From: Deltaproteobacteria bacterium
GTDB taxonomy: Bacteria > Desulfobacterota > JAENJC01
Length of the DNA stretch: 64,000 bases
Direction of reading: 5' to 3'
NCBI GenBank assembly: GCA_030646755.1
Contig: JAUSKU010000092.1
Coordinates: 14,270-78,269 of the forward strand
Shown here in pieces: positions 49,555 through 59,669 of the stretch (its first letter is position 1; each line of letters begins with the position of its first letter). The translations under genes and the position numbers were made by a program. Below the pieces are notes generated by a model that saw nothing but the letters and a program-made list of their open reading frames with translations, was not told the origin of the DNA and searched no databases.

Positions 49555-52500
49555 TTACTCAACCACCATTGCCTTGTACCCAAACAGTTTCTCCACCCCT
49601 TCTTCAAGGGCAGGAGTTGGCGAAACACCGTCGTGCAGGGCGATTACAGTCTCACCTGTATTTGGAATAGAAATATGCAGGAATGACGGACAGTTACCAT
49701 TATACCCTTCAAGTAATTTCTTAAGTTTTACCAGGTGATCTTTTGTCAAGCCAAGGGCATTTATTTTGAAGTGTACAGCCTTAACTGTCTTCTCCTTTGC
49801 CTGTGTAAGGGACATTATCTCAGAGGCAACGATCTTTGCTCCCTTCTTCGGAGTCTTGTTCCCGTTCCCTTCATCCTCACCGTTTTCATCCTTCCCATCC
49901 TCTCCAAGGTCAAGGTTTCCCTTCACAAGTATCGGCTCGTCCCCAAAGAAGAGGTGGGAGGACTTTTTGAATATCTCCGGCAGTACAATGACCTCCACGA
50001 ACCCGTCCAGGTCTTCCAAGGTAATAAACGCCATCCTATCGCCCTTTTTGGTGTTTATCTCCTTTGATGCCGCAACTATCCCTGCCACCCTGACCTCCGA
50101 CCTGTCAGCCATCTCCGAAAGGGTCACTGTTGAGGCATTGGCAAGTTTCTTTATGTCATCACTGAATCTTGCCAGGGGATGACCGGTTATAAAGAAGCCG
50201 AGGGCCTCCTTCTCGTTGGCAAGGAGGATATTTTCAGGCCATTCAGGGATATCAGGAAGGTTAAAGTCTGTCGTGCTCTTCAATGCCGCACCGCCGAACA
50301 GCCCCATCTGCCCGGCATTTGTGTCCTTCCGCAACGACTGCCCGACCTCCATGGCCCTGTCGAGCCCCTCCATCATCTGGGCCCTGGCGGCTCCAGTGGA
50401 ATCAAAGGCCCCGCATTTAATAAGACCCTCCATGACCTTCCTGTTGACCTTCCTCAGGTCAACCCTCTCGCAGAAATCAAGGAGGGCTGCAAAACCGCCT
50501 CCCTTCTCCCTCTCTTCTATCACAATGTCTACGGCAGCAGCGCCAACTCCCTTCACTGCCGCAAGACCGAACCTGATCTTGCCGTCTATGACGGAGAAGT
50601 CCCTCTGGCTATCATTTACATCCGGAGGAAGTACAGTAATATTATGATCTCGGCATTCGCCAATGTACTTTATTATCTTGTCCGTGTTGCTGACCTCGCA
50701 GGTCAGGAGGGCAGCCGTGAACTCCACAGGATAATGGGCCTTCAGATACGCAGTGTTATAGGCGATCAGGGCATATGCGGCGCTGTGGGACTTGTTGAAC
50801 CCGTATTCGGCAAACTTGGCCATAAGGTCAAAGATCTTCTCTGCCTTTTTGGGATTGACCTTCTTGTGCCTTGCACCTTCCAGGAACCGCTCCTTCTGCT
50901 TGGCCATCTCATCGGCCTTCTTCTTACCCATGGCGCGCCTGAGAATATCGGCTTCACCAAGGGAGTACCCGGCCACAGCCTGGCTTATCTGCATCACCTG
51001 TTCCTGGTAGACCATAACGCCGTAAGTATCCTTGAGGATCGGTTCAAGCTCAGGGATCTCATACTTGATCTCAACCCTCCCATGCTTACGGTCTATAAAC
51101 TCAGGGATCATATTCATCGGCCCGGGCCTGTATAAGGCGATAAGGGCTATGATATCCTCAAAGGTAGAGGGTTTGAGTCTTGCAAGGAGGTCCTTCATTC
51201 CAGAGCTCTCAAGCTGGAAGACCCCTGTTGTATCCCCTGAAGAGAGGAGCCTGTATGTGGCCTCATCGTTTAGGGGAAGCTTGGTCATGTCAATCGTCTC
51301 ACCCCTTACAGCCTTTATAAGCTTTAGTGCATCCTCTATAAGCGTCAGGGTCTGAAGCCCAAGGAAATCGAATTTTATGAGCCCCAGCTTCTCTATGTAT
51401 TTCATGTCGTACTGGGTGGTCACCTCATCATCGGCAAGATAGAGAGGGGTATATTCTACAAGAGGCCTGTTGGCTATGACAACTCCTGCTGCGTGCTTGG
51501 ATGCATGCCTTGTAAGACCTTCAAGGGCCTGGGCGATATCCAAGAGATCCTTTACCTGTGGAGATGACTTGTAGAGTTCATTGAGCCTTGGCTCCTGCTT
51601 CAGGGCGTCTTTTATAGTGATGCCGAGGGTGTTGGGAACGAGCTTTGCGATCCTGTCCACCTCGCCGTAAGGTACGTCCATCCCCCGACCGACATCCCGG
51701 ATTGCCGCCTTTGCCTTCATGGTGCCGAAGGTTATTATCTGGGAGACGTTCTCCCTTCCATACTTATCCCTGACGTATTTGATGACTTCATCCCTCCCGG
51801 CGATGCAGAAGTCCACGTCTATATCGGGCATTGATACCCTTTCAGGGTTCAGGAACCTCTCGAAGAGGAGGTTGTAAGGCAACGGGTCCAGGTCCGTGAT
51901 CCTCATGGCATAAGCCACAAGGCTTCCGGCAGCGGAGCCCCTTCCCGGTCCGACAGGGATACCCCTCTCCTTTGCATGGTTGATGAAGTCCGCTACTATA
52001 AGGAGATACCCCGGAAACCTCATCTTCTTTATCATCTCTATCTCGAATTCAAGCCTGTTCCGGTAAACCTCCCTTTGGTCATCAGAGAGGTTCATGACGG
52101 CAAACCTGCCCTCCAGCCCTTTCCTGGCCTCCTCCTCAAAATACAGGTCCATATCTGTATGCCCTTCCGGGAGGTGATAATGAGGAAGGTGGTACTTCCC
52201 GAACTCCAGCTTCAGGTTGCACCTTTCCGCAATCTCTATGGTATTCTTTATCGCGTCAGGGCAGTATGAAAATGCCTCTATCATCTCTTCGGGGGACTTC
52301 ACGTAGAACTGGTCCGTTGAAAATCTCATCCTTTTGGGATCGTTTATCGTCGCCCCGGTCTGGATGCAGAGAAGCACCTCGTGGGCCTTGGCATCTGCCT
52401 TTTTAAGGTAATGGCAGTCGTTGGTGGCAACCAGAGGAATGTCCAACTCCTTTGAAAGCTCCAGCAGAGCCTTATTGGCTATGGTCTGCTCCTTTATGCC

Positions 52501-53052
52501 GTTCTCCTGTATCTCCAGGAAGAACCTCCTGTCAGGGAATATGGACTTGTACTCCTCTGCGACCTGGTACGCCTTTTCCTTATTCCCCCTGGTCAGGTGA
52601 TAAGGTATCTCTCCCTTCAGGCAGGCCGACAGGGCTATTAGCCCTTCGCTGTGCTGCCTTAGAAGCTCCTTGTCGATCCTGGGTTTCCTGTAAAAGCCTT
52701 CGATATACCCAACGGACACCAGTTTCATCAGGTTCTTATACCCGGTCTCGTTCTTAACAAGAAGGACAATATGATAAGCAGTGGCCTCCTCGGACTCACC
52801 CTTTATCCCAGTCTTCTCGAACCTGCTCCCTGGCGCAACATAGACCTCGCAGCCTATGATCGGCTTTATCCCGTGTTTAACGGCAGATTCATAGAACTCC
52901 ATGGCCCCGAACATGTTCCCGTGGTCTGTAATGGCAATGGCAGGCATCTTGAACTCTCTGGCCTTCTCCATCAGGTCATTGATGCGGTTTGCCCCGTCAA
53001 GGAGTGAGTATTGGGTATGTAAGTGAAGGTGTACGAAATCGGAGTGATGCAT
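49555..53052 (-). CDS. dnaE: DNA polymerase III alpha subunit
   Basis: HLHLHTQYSLLDG, GPGRGSAAGS, MPDIDVDF, KFDFLGL, YGFNKSH motifs. Confidence 0.98.
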   Translation of the reverse strand: MHHSDFVHLHLHTQYSLLDGANRINDLMEKAREFKMPAIAITDHGNMFGAMEFYESAVKHGIKPIIGCEVYVAPGSRFEKTGIKGESEEATAYHIVLLVKNETGYKNLMKLVSVGYIEGFYRKPRIDKELLRQHSEGLIALSACLKGEIPYHLTRGNKEKAYQVAEEYKSIFPDRRFFLEIQENGIKEQTIANKALLELSKELDIPLVATNDCHYLKKADAKAHEVLLCIQTGATINDPKRMRFSTDQFYVKSPEEMIEAFSYCPDAIKNTIEIAERCNLKLEFGKYHLPHYHLPEGHTDMDLYFEEEARKGLEGRFAVMNLSDDQREVYRNRLEFEIEMIKKMRFPGYLLIVADFINHAKERGIPVGPGRGSAAGSLVAYAMRITDLDPLPYNLLFERFLNPERVSMPDIDVDFCIAGRDEVIKYVRDKYGRENVSQIITFGTMKAKAAIRDVGRGMDVPYGEVDRIAKLVPNTLGITIKDALKQEPRLNELYKSSPQVKDLLDIAQALEGLTRHASKHAAGVVIANRPLVEYTPLYLADDEVTTQYDMKYIEKLGLIKFDFLGLQTLTLIEDALKLIKAVRGETIDMTKLPLNDEATYRLLSSGDTTGVFQLESSGMKDLLARLKPSTFEDIIALIALYRPGPMNMIPEFIDRKHGRVEIKYEIPELEPILKDTYGVMVYQEQVMQISQAVAGYSLGEADILRRAMGKKKADEMAKQKERFLEGARHKKVNPKKAEKIFDLMAKFAEYGFNKSHSAAYALIAYNTAYLKAHYPVEFTAALLTCEVSNTDKIIKYIGECRDHNITVLPPDVNDSQRDFSVIDGKIRFGLAAVKGVGAAAVDIVIEEREKGGGFAALLDFCERVDLRKVNRKVMEGLIKCGAFDSTGAARAQMMEGLDRAMEVGQSLRKDTNAGQMGLFGGAALKSTTDFNLPDIPEWPENILLANEKEALGFFITGHPLARFSDDIKKLANASTVTLSEMADRSEVRVAGIVAASKEINTKKGDRMAFITLEDLDGFVEVIVLPEIFKKSSHLFFGDEPILVKGNLDLGEDGKDENGEDEGNGNKTPKKGAKIVASEIMSLTQAKEKTVKAVHFKINALGLTKDHLVKLKKLLEGYNGNCPSFLHISIPNTGETVIALHDGVSPTPALEEGVEKLFGYKAMVVE

Positions 53053-53258
53053 AGGGGAGAGATATTAACACAATAGGATGTAGATTTGAAGGAACTTATT
53101 CAGGAATGATTCAAGCGAGTTACGGGGTCACCTTACTTATTGTACACTGAGTTGAGAATGGTCCGAGATTCTTAGCTTTGCTCAGATTGACAATCCCTCG
53201 TGTGCTGGATTTTTCACCAACCCACACACCCCCTTATTATTCCCCCCTCGATTAACAT

Positions 53259-55310
53259 TTACTGAACACAAACCAGGTTTCTTCCACTACTCTTTGCTTC
53301 ATACAGTGCCTCATCCACCCTTTTTATGATGGTCGAGGCGTCGTCAGTTTTACAGTATTCTGTAACCCCGAAGCTGCATGTGAGGCTACTGGAGTAAAAA
53401 CTGGTCGATTCTATATCCCTTCTGAGCTTTTCAGCAAAGCTCTTTGCGTCTTCAGCATGAGTCTCCAGAACCAGAATGACAAACTCCTCACCTCCCCATC
53501 TGGCGAACATATCAATTGTCCTGATATGTACTGAGATAATTTGGGTCAGTTTCCTGAGTACATTGTCTCCCACCTCGTGGCCAAAGGAGTCATTTATCTT
53601 TTTGAAATGGTCTACATCGAACATTATGAGCGAGAACGTCCTGCTATGCCTCCTGGCCCTCTGGATTTCAGTTTCGAGGACATTCTCGAATTTCAGCCTG
53701 TTGAATATCTGGGTCAAATGGTCTGTCACGGACAAGCGTTCAAGGGCTGCTTCTGCCTTTTCGCGCTCAAAGATACTCACAAAAAACTCTCCAACTATCC
53801 TGAGAAGCGAGATCTCTTGTTCCGTCCACTTCCTTTCAATCCTGATGGAATTAAACCCCAGAAATCCGATGGCTGTCCCGTGGTATCCCAGAGGAATGAT
53901 GAGTATGGAATTTACGCCGGTGGCCTGCCATACGGCTTTTTCTGCGCTTGCCTCGGAAGGAAGATCTTCCACACTAGGGATATTGAGGCTTTCGAAATTC
54001 TTAAGCTTTCTTATTGCCCACGGGAGCTTGTCAACGGGTAGTTGAGTGTAAACGTCTTTTTGAGGCTCGATCCCTTCAGAGCACCATTCGTAGAGAGTAT
54101 CTATCATAAGGCCGTCGCTTGAGAAAAGGGATACATAACACGTATCAACATGAACAAACTCACCGATCTTTTGCAATGCCTCGCTCATCAGACTCACTGT
54201 ATTTCCATTCGAAGTGTTGACAAACCTGGTTGAGATGGAAGCAACGAGTTTTTCAAATTCAACCTGGTGTCTTAGATCGTCTCTAGCAACCCCAAGAGTG
54301 ACCGTATTTCTTGCGAATGCGATGAATAGATAAAGAAATATGGTAAATATAGACAAAGGGACGGCAATGAAGATAATTTTTTCGGTCTGATATCTGGATA
54401 TGCGCGCCTGCAAGAGATTGTCCAAAGAGGGGTATACCGCATCATATAGTTTAAAGGCTGCGTTTAGCGCATCTGTAGCATCCCTATAATAGACGCCTTC
54501 ATTTACTTTTATTTCCGGCGCATCAATGATCTTGTTATCGATTATTCCAAGAAAACTGTTTACCTTAGTATCAAGTTCATTAACAGCGCCCTCCAATGGA
54601 ACCATAATGTCCGGCTCGCTTAAGATGGCCTTTTTAACCCTAACTTCGGTTTCTGCCATTGAGTATATTATAGACCCAGTCAGGACTGTGAGCCGCCTTT
54701 TATTATCTGGAGTAATCTTGCGACTTATCGCTGCCATCACACCAAGTACCCTTGATTGGCCGAGGCTATCAATCAATATGGGGAGGTGAATAGTTATAGA
54801 ATCCATCAGGTAGTAAGTTGTTATGTGAGGGTCGAGGATCAGATTGGATGTCTCGCCAATATAGGAAATTAACTCTATGGTATTATCAATTATCTTTGTG
54901 TGTGTGTCAAAGCTCTCTTCTATTGAGGAGGTGTGCTCTGAAAATTCTAATTTCTGCCATTCCTTCTTAAAATCTTCCCATTTGTACTCCATTTTTAATG
55001 AAGTACCGTATCTCTTACTTAATGAGTCAACGGCCTCAATCTCTGTTACTATTAAGGAATGTTCATTCTCAATGTCGGTCTTGAAAGAGGCATCGCCTGT
55101 AAGATATGCCACCATCATCCCCCTGTGATGCAGGAGATGCTCCATCAATCTTCTTAAAGACCTGTTGACCTCGGCCCCCATCCGCTCTTTTCGGGTAAAG
55201 TCTATCCGCCTGTTTACTTCTTTGATCTCAAGGAATAGCAGAACTGTCAAGGGGACAACAAACAACAGGAACAGCACGGTCATTATTGATTTGGCATATC
55301 GTTGGGTCAT
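53259..55310 (-). CDS. Membrane diguanylate cyclase (periplasmic sensor, GAF, GGDEF)
   Basis: Two TM helices, SNLILDP sensor motif, GAF region, RTID I-site and GGEEF. Confidence 0.88.
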   Translation of the reverse strand: MTQRYAKSIMTVLFLLFVVPLTVLLFLEIKEVNRRIDFTRKERMGAEVNRSLRRLMEHLLHHRGMMVAYLTGDASFKTDIENEHSLIVTEIEAVDSLSKRYGTSLKMEYKWEDFKKEWQKLEFSEHTSSIEESFDTHTKIIDNTIELISYIGETSNLILDPHITTYYLMDSITIHLPILIDSLGQSRVLGVMAAISRKITPDNKRRLTVLTGSIIYSMAETEVRVKKAILSEPDIMVPLEGAVNELDTKVNSFLGIIDNKIIDAPEIKVNEGVYYRDATDALNAAFKLYDAVYPSLDNLLQARISRYQTEKIIFIAVPLSIFTIFLYLFIAFARNTVTLGVARDDLRHQVEFEKLVASISTRFVNTSNGNTVSLMSEALQKIGEFVHVDTCYVSLFSSDGLMIDTLYEWCSEGIEPQKDVYTQLPVDKLPWAIRKLKNFESLNIPSVEDLPSEASAEKAVWQATGVNSILIIPLGYHGTAIGFLGFNSIRIERKWTEQEISLLRIVGEFFVSIFEREKAEAALERLSVTDHLTQIFNRLKFENVLETEIQRARRHSRTFSLIMFDVDHFKKINDSFGHEVGDNVLRKLTQIISVHIRTIDMFARWGGEEFVILVLETHAEDAKSFAEKLRRDIESTSFYSSSLTCSFGVTEYCKTDDASTIIKRVDEALYEAKSSGRNLVCVQ

Positions 55311-55610
55311 TTTTTAATGCTATCATAGAAGCAGCAAACTTGCCAGAATTTGCTCAGAATTTGCTCTGACTTTCAAATCTGCTAAGCTGAACCCAGGGAC
55401 AACCCCCAGTGGGAAAATGGTTCTATTTTTTAAAGCTATAGACATTCAATGCTTGAAGGCTCCCTGGTATCAAGGATAAAAAGGAATTAGCGCATACACC
55501 CGATGTCAAACCTAAAGGTTTTAGTTACAAGGATTTTACCTCCGATGTCTATTTCCCGGCCTTTAAATTCTCTGGACTCTATGCCTTTTTTCATGTAATC
55601 TGTCCAGCCA

Positions 55611-56522
55611 ATGATTGACCTCCACATCCATACTATAGCAAGCTCCGACGGCCAGCACACACCGAGGGAGATATTCGGGATGGCCAAAGAAATCGGGCTT
55701 GAGGCCATTGCCTTTGCTGACCATAATACGGTGGCGAGTCTGGACGAAGGATTCGAGCTTTCCAAGGAGTTCGGGATTGAATTTGTACCGTGTATAGAGA
55801 TAAACACCGTATTCGAGGAACTCGACCTGCACCTCCTGGCTTATTATGTGGATTACAAAAAACCTGAGTTCCTGAAATGGCTGGGTGACATAAACCAGGA
55901 AAAGATAGAGCAGGGATTCAAAAGGTTTGAAAGGCTTAGAGAACTTGGTTTTGTATTTGACATTGAAGATGTGGAAAGGATATCGAAAGGCCAGATACCG
56001 AGCGGAGCCACATTCCTTAAGGCCATCCTGAGCAGGAAGGAAAATGCTGGAGACCTGAGGCTTCAACCTTACATAGACGGGGACAGGTCTGACTCCCCTT
56101 CCCTGAACTTCTATCTCGATTACCTTAGAGGAGGGAAGCCTGCATATATCCCCCTTACGGCATGTGATACGATTAACGGGATCAAGAAGGTAAAGACCTT
56201 CGGGGGTATACCTGTCCTGGCACATCCTTCAGATACGCCGATAGAGGCCATAGACCATTTGATAGAAGAAGGTCTCGCAGGGCTTGAGGTGTACTCCTCC
56301 CGTCATACGCCTGAAGAAAGCATCTTTTTTATGGGACTGGCTGAAAGATACGGCATCCTCTATACCGCCGGTTCTGACTTCCATGGGAAACTCATCAAGC
56401 CGAATGTAGAACTGGCATCTATCAAAGGTAACGGGTATGAGGTGCTTCAAAGACTGAAGGATTATAAGAAAAACATGCAAATAAACTTGCCACAGAGCAC
56501 ACAGAGACCACAGAGACAATAG
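55611..56522 (+). CDS. PHP-domain phosphoesterase
   Basis: DLHIHT..SDG, ADHN, LAHP, GSDFHG motifs. Confidence 0.9.
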   Translation: MIDLHIHTIASSDGQHTPREIFGMAKEIGLEAIAFADHNTVASLDEGFELSKEFGIEFVPCIEINTVFEELDLHLLAYYVDYKKPEFLKWLGDINQEKIEQGFKRFERLRELGFVFDIEDVERISKGQIPSGATFLKAILSRKENAGDLRLQPYIDGDRSDSPSLNFYLDYLRGGKPAYIPLTACDTINGIKKVKTFGGIPVLAHPSDTPIEAIDHLIEEGLAGLEVYSSRHTPEESIFFMGLAERYGILYTAGSDFHGKLIKPNVELASIKGNGYEVLQRLKDYKKNMQINLPQSTQRPQRQ

Positions 56523-56649
56523 AAATAAAAAGCCTTCTCTGAGAACTCTGTGAACTCTGTGGCTGTCAAGATGGTCACGTTGAAATTCTTTACAATCCAT
56601 AATTTTTTAAGTATACTTTCGCCTCATAATCAAATTACAGGAGGTCTTT

Positions 56650-57495
56650 ATGGCTACTATTATTGATGGAAAGGCTATTTCTGAAAAGATAAGGTCAGAG
56701 GTAAAGGCAGCAACTGAAAAACTTATAAAGGAAAAGGGCGTAACCCCAGGCCTGGCTGTTGTCCTTGTGGGCGATAACCCTGCTTCAAAGGTCTATGTGG
56801 GTAGCAAGGAGAAGGCCTGTTTAGAGATGGGGTTCTACTCTGAGAAACATGTCCTTCCTGTCGATGCAAGCCAGGATGAGCTTCTAAAACTAATTGATAA
56901 ACTGAACAAGGACAAAAAGATCCACGGCATTCTCGTTCAGCTCCCTCTGCCTAAGCAAATAAACGAGGATTTAGTCCTTGAGGCCATATCTCCTGAAAAG
57001 GATGTAGACGGGTTCCATCCATACAATGTCGGAAGGCTTGCTGTAGGGAAACCTCTCTTTCAGCCATGCACACCCTATGGCATGATGAAGATGCTTGAAT
57101 ATTCCAATATCAGCGTTGAAGGTAAGCATGCAGTGATAATCGGACGCAGCAACATCGTCGGCAAGCCTATCGCCCTTATGCTTTTACAGAAAAGCGCCAC
57201 AGTAACCATATGTCATTCAAAGACAAAAGACCTGAAAGAGGAAGTAAAGAGGGCGGATATCGTTGTGGCAGCCATTGGTAAACCTGGATTTGTAACAGGG
57301 GACATGCTGAAAGAAGGTGCTGTAGTCCTCGACGTTGGAATCAACAGGCTTGAAAGCGGAAAGCTTGTAGGCGACGTGGATTTTGCATCCGCCGAAAAAG
57401 TTGCCTCGGCCATCACCCCGGTCCCAGGCGGCGTGGGCCCCATGACCATAGCCATGCTTATGTATAATACGCTGGAATCTGCAAAGAGGGTTTAA
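56650..57495 (+). CDS. folD: Methylene-THF dehydrogenase/cyclohydrolase
   Basis: [41 protein letters not shown] motifs. Confidence 0.97.
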   Translation: MATIIDGKAISEKIRSEVKAATEKLIKEKGVTPGLAVVLVGDNPASKVYVGSKEKACLEMGFYSEKHVLPVDASQDELLKLIDKLNKDKKIHGILVQLPLPKQINEDLVLEAISPEKDVDGFHPYNVGRLAVGKPLFQPCTPYGMMKMLEYSNISVEGKHAVIIGRSNIVGKPIALMLLQKSATVTICHSKTKDLKEEVKRADIVVAAIGKPGFVTGDMLKEGAVVLDVGINRLESGKLVGDVDFASAEKVASAITPVPGGVGPMTIAMLMYNTLESAKRV

Positions 57496-57496
57496 C

Positions 57497-57524
57497 AAAA
57501 AGGAGCGAATATTCGCCCCTTTTG
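57497..57524 (+). terminator. Probable intrinsic terminator after folD
   Basis: aaaaggagcgaatattcgcccctttt hairpin. Confidence 0.6.
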
Positions 57525-57589
57525 CATCTGAGATAAGCTGAAAAAAGTGGACACCAAAGTATCGTATAATACGAAACGGAGGTGTCGGT

Positions 57590-57892
57590 ATGAAAAGGAT
57601 TCCAAACGGTAGGTACACAAAGGAGTTTCGGGTAGAAGCAGTAAAATTAGTGACAGAAGGAGGGCTGTCAGTCCCTGAGGCTGGACGCAGGTTGTCATTG
57701 CCGCCTTCTACGCTAAACACGTGGGTAAGAGCTTATAAATCTGGAAAACTCGGAGAAGTCGGCAAGAACCAGAAGCCACTTTCTGAAGTAGAAATGGAAC
57801 TGTCGAAAGTCAGGCGAGAACTGGCAGAAGTAAAGATGGAGCGGGACATCTTAAAAAAAGCCGCCGCGTACTTTGCGAAAGAGTCGCTGTGA
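57590..57892 (+). CDS. IS3 transposase OrfA (HTH)
   Basis: YTKEFRVEAV, ERDILKKAAAYFAKE motifs. Confidence 0.95.
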   Translation: MKRIPNGRYTKEFRVEAVKLVTEGGLSVPEAGRRLSLPPSTLNTWVRAYKSGKLGEVGKNQKPLSEVEMELSKVRRELAEVKMERDILKKAAAYFAKESL

Positions 57893-58764
57893 GGTACGCG
57901 ATGATCCATGAGATGCGACTCCAGTATCAGGTTCCAGCCATGTGCCGGATATTTGAGGTATCTGCAAGCGGCTATTACTCGTGGCGCAGCCGCCCTATAA
58001 GCAAGCGTGCCCAAGAAGACCAGAGACTTGAAATAGAGATACAGGCATCCCATAAGCGCACCCGTAAAACCTGTGGTCCAAAACGAATACAGGAGGATTT
58101 AACGGAGCATGGGATAAATATAGGGACTCATCGCATCAGGCGCATCCGCAAGAAGCTTGGGATAAGGTGCATACAAAAGAAGAAGCTCAAGGCAACAACC
58201 GATTCAAATCACAACCTTCCTGTAGCGGAGAACCTGTTGGAACAGAACTTTGATGCAACGGCTCCCAACCAGGTATGGGTTACGGACATAACGTACATTC
58301 CGACAGATGAAGGGTGGCTCTACCTTGCCGGACACAAGGATATATTTACCAAAGAGGTAGTAGGTTATGCAATGGATGGACGGATGACAAAGGGCCTTGT
58401 CAGCAGGTCGTTATCCAGGGCAGTACGAGCAAAACAGCCGGATGCAGGTCTTATCCATCATTCAGATCGTGGAAGCCAATACTGCTCCTATGAATACAGA
58501 GACTTGCTAAAGCAATTCGGCATGAAGGCATCAATGAGCAGAAGAGGTAACTGCTATGACAACGCTCCTATGGAAAGTTTCTGGGGTACCTTAAAGAGTG
58601 AGGTTGTGCATCATCGTCGTTACAGAACACGGCAAGAAGCTATGCAGGAGATTACAGAATACATTGAGATATTTTACAATCGTCAGAGAAGGCAGGCAAA
58701 ACTAGGGTTTCTCTCTCCAGCAGTCTATGAACAAAAGTTTTATGAAAGGAAACTTGCAGCATGA
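57889..58764 (+). CDS. IS3 transposase OrfB (DDE)
   Basis: WVTDITY, HHSDRGSQY, GNCYDNAPMESFW motifs. Confidence 0.95.
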   Translation: MRYAMIHEMRLQYQVPAMCRIFEVSASGYYSWRSRPISKRAQEDQRLEIEIQASHKRTRKTCGPKRIQEDLTEHGINIGTHRIRRIRKKLGIRCIQKKKLKATTDSNHNLPVAENLLEQNFDATAPNQVWVTDITYIPTDEGWLYLAGHKDIFTKEVVGYAMDGRMTKGLVSRSLSRAVRAKQPDAGLIHHSDRGSQYCSYEYRDLLKQFGMKASMSRRGNCYDNAPMESFWGTLKSEVVHHRRYRTRQEAMQEITEYIEIFYNRQRRQAKLGFLSPAVYEQKFYERKLAA

Positions 58765-58798
58765 GGTATTTCGTGTCCACTATTGACAGCACACCTCA

Positions 58799-59040
58799 AT
58801 GCCACTGTCGTCAAGTTTATGGACAGGATAAAGGATACCCGCATAAACGTCCTTAGAATAACCGAAGATATTGAAACCGCTGCAAAGACAATGTTCAGAA
58901 AGTTTGATGATAGAAAACTTAGCTTTACCGACTGCACAAGCTTTGCCGTGATAAACCATCTCGACCTCCGCGCTGTCTTTGTCTTCGACGACCATTTCAG
59001 ATACCACCCCTATTCGCATCCTGTAGAGTTCTTGGGATAA
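58799..59040 (+). pseudogene. 3' fragment of a PIN/VapC toxin gene cut by the IS3
   Basis: LSFTDCTSFAV...FVFDDHF; no 5' half on the other side of the IS. Confidence 0.8.
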
Positions 59041-59048
59041 TCCCCCCC

Positions 59049-59159
59049 TCATTGAATCCTGTAAAGGTTTTTAAATGTGTCAGTTGTGAGTGAGTGAGTG
59101 AGTGAGTGAGTGAGTGAGTGAGTGAGTGAGTGAGTGAGTGAGTGCAATTCAGGTGCCAC
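59049..59159 (-). CDS. Putative microsatellite-containing leader ORF (36 aa, MAPELHSLTHSLT...)
   Basis: GGGAGA then GTG GCA CCT GAA TTG CA followed by the repeat; same layout as the 29779 leader. Confidence 0.4.
   Translation of the reverse strand: MAPELHSLTHSLTHSLTHSLTHSLTTDTFKNLYRIQ
59086..59144. repeat. Tetranucleotide microsatellite (GTGA)14 + GTG
   Basis: Perfect tract counted. Confidence 0.98.
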
Positions 59160-59485
59160 AGAATCTCCCAGGTGAGTTGCGTGATAAATAACAATCTCTA
59201 TTATTATTGAGATTGTATTACTGGAGCACAGAATCAAACTTTTTTCAATAGTTTATTTATTTTTCGTTTTTGCCTTAAATACCAAGACGTTACAAGATCA
59301 GCAAAAATCACAAAAAGCAAGATCGTCCATGTGGAATAAGAAAAACCTGGATTCGCAGGTTATTGAGCAGGTCAACAAACTCTTTGCTACCAGGCATCTG
59401 AACACCATCACTCTGCGCATAACTATAGCTGTGACTTGGCTACAAGTGAAGTCATGGGCACCCTGCGGATGAATATCTTCTCGCA

Positions 59486-59514
59486 TTGACAAATAAATAC
59501 ATTAACCCTATCAT
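59486..59514 (+). promoter_or_regulatory. Sigma70-type promoter
   Basis: TTGACA-17 nt-TATCAT upstream of addA. Confidence 0.6.
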
Positions 59515-59663
59515 AAAAGTTAACAAGGAGCACCGCGAAACCCTCAGGAAGCTTCCAAAGTAAATGATATGAGCGATATCCTCTTTTTGACCCTGGCCAA
59601 GGTTATAGAAATTCCTTCAGACCAGATAGATTTGCTGATATTCTGAAAACTCTTAAAGCATAA
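59509..59663 (+). pseudogene. Collapsed antitoxin/Doc toxin remnant
   Basis: ...KVNKEHRETLRKLPK* then MSDILFLTLAKVIEI.SDQI, resembling the N-terminus of Doc-family toxins; the Fic core is deleted. Confidence 0.5.
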
Positions 59664-59669
59664 GGACAG

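Larger units (their letters stand above)
57529..58798 (+). mobile_element. IS3-family insertion sequence (1270 bp)
   Basis: TG...CA ends with imperfect IRs (TGAGataaGCTGaaaaaAGTGGACAC versus TGAGgtgtGCTGtcaatAGTGGACAC); orfA/orfB; A7G frameshift signal at about 57853. Confidence 0.95.

Noticed and set aside
50179-51135. Long plus-strand ORF antisense to dnaE (and similar shadow ORFs over purL, ppdK and the lipoprotein gene)
   Set aside because: These are antisense shadows of well-supported genes caused by codon bias.
49555-53052. Intein in dnaE
   Set aside because: Normal length (1165 aa), the YGFNKSH region is uninterrupted and there are no splicing motifs.
55380-55520. Possible 6S RNA or riboswitch upstream of the diguanylate cyclase
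   Set aside because: Only vague short motifs are present; an Rfam/Infernal search would be needed.
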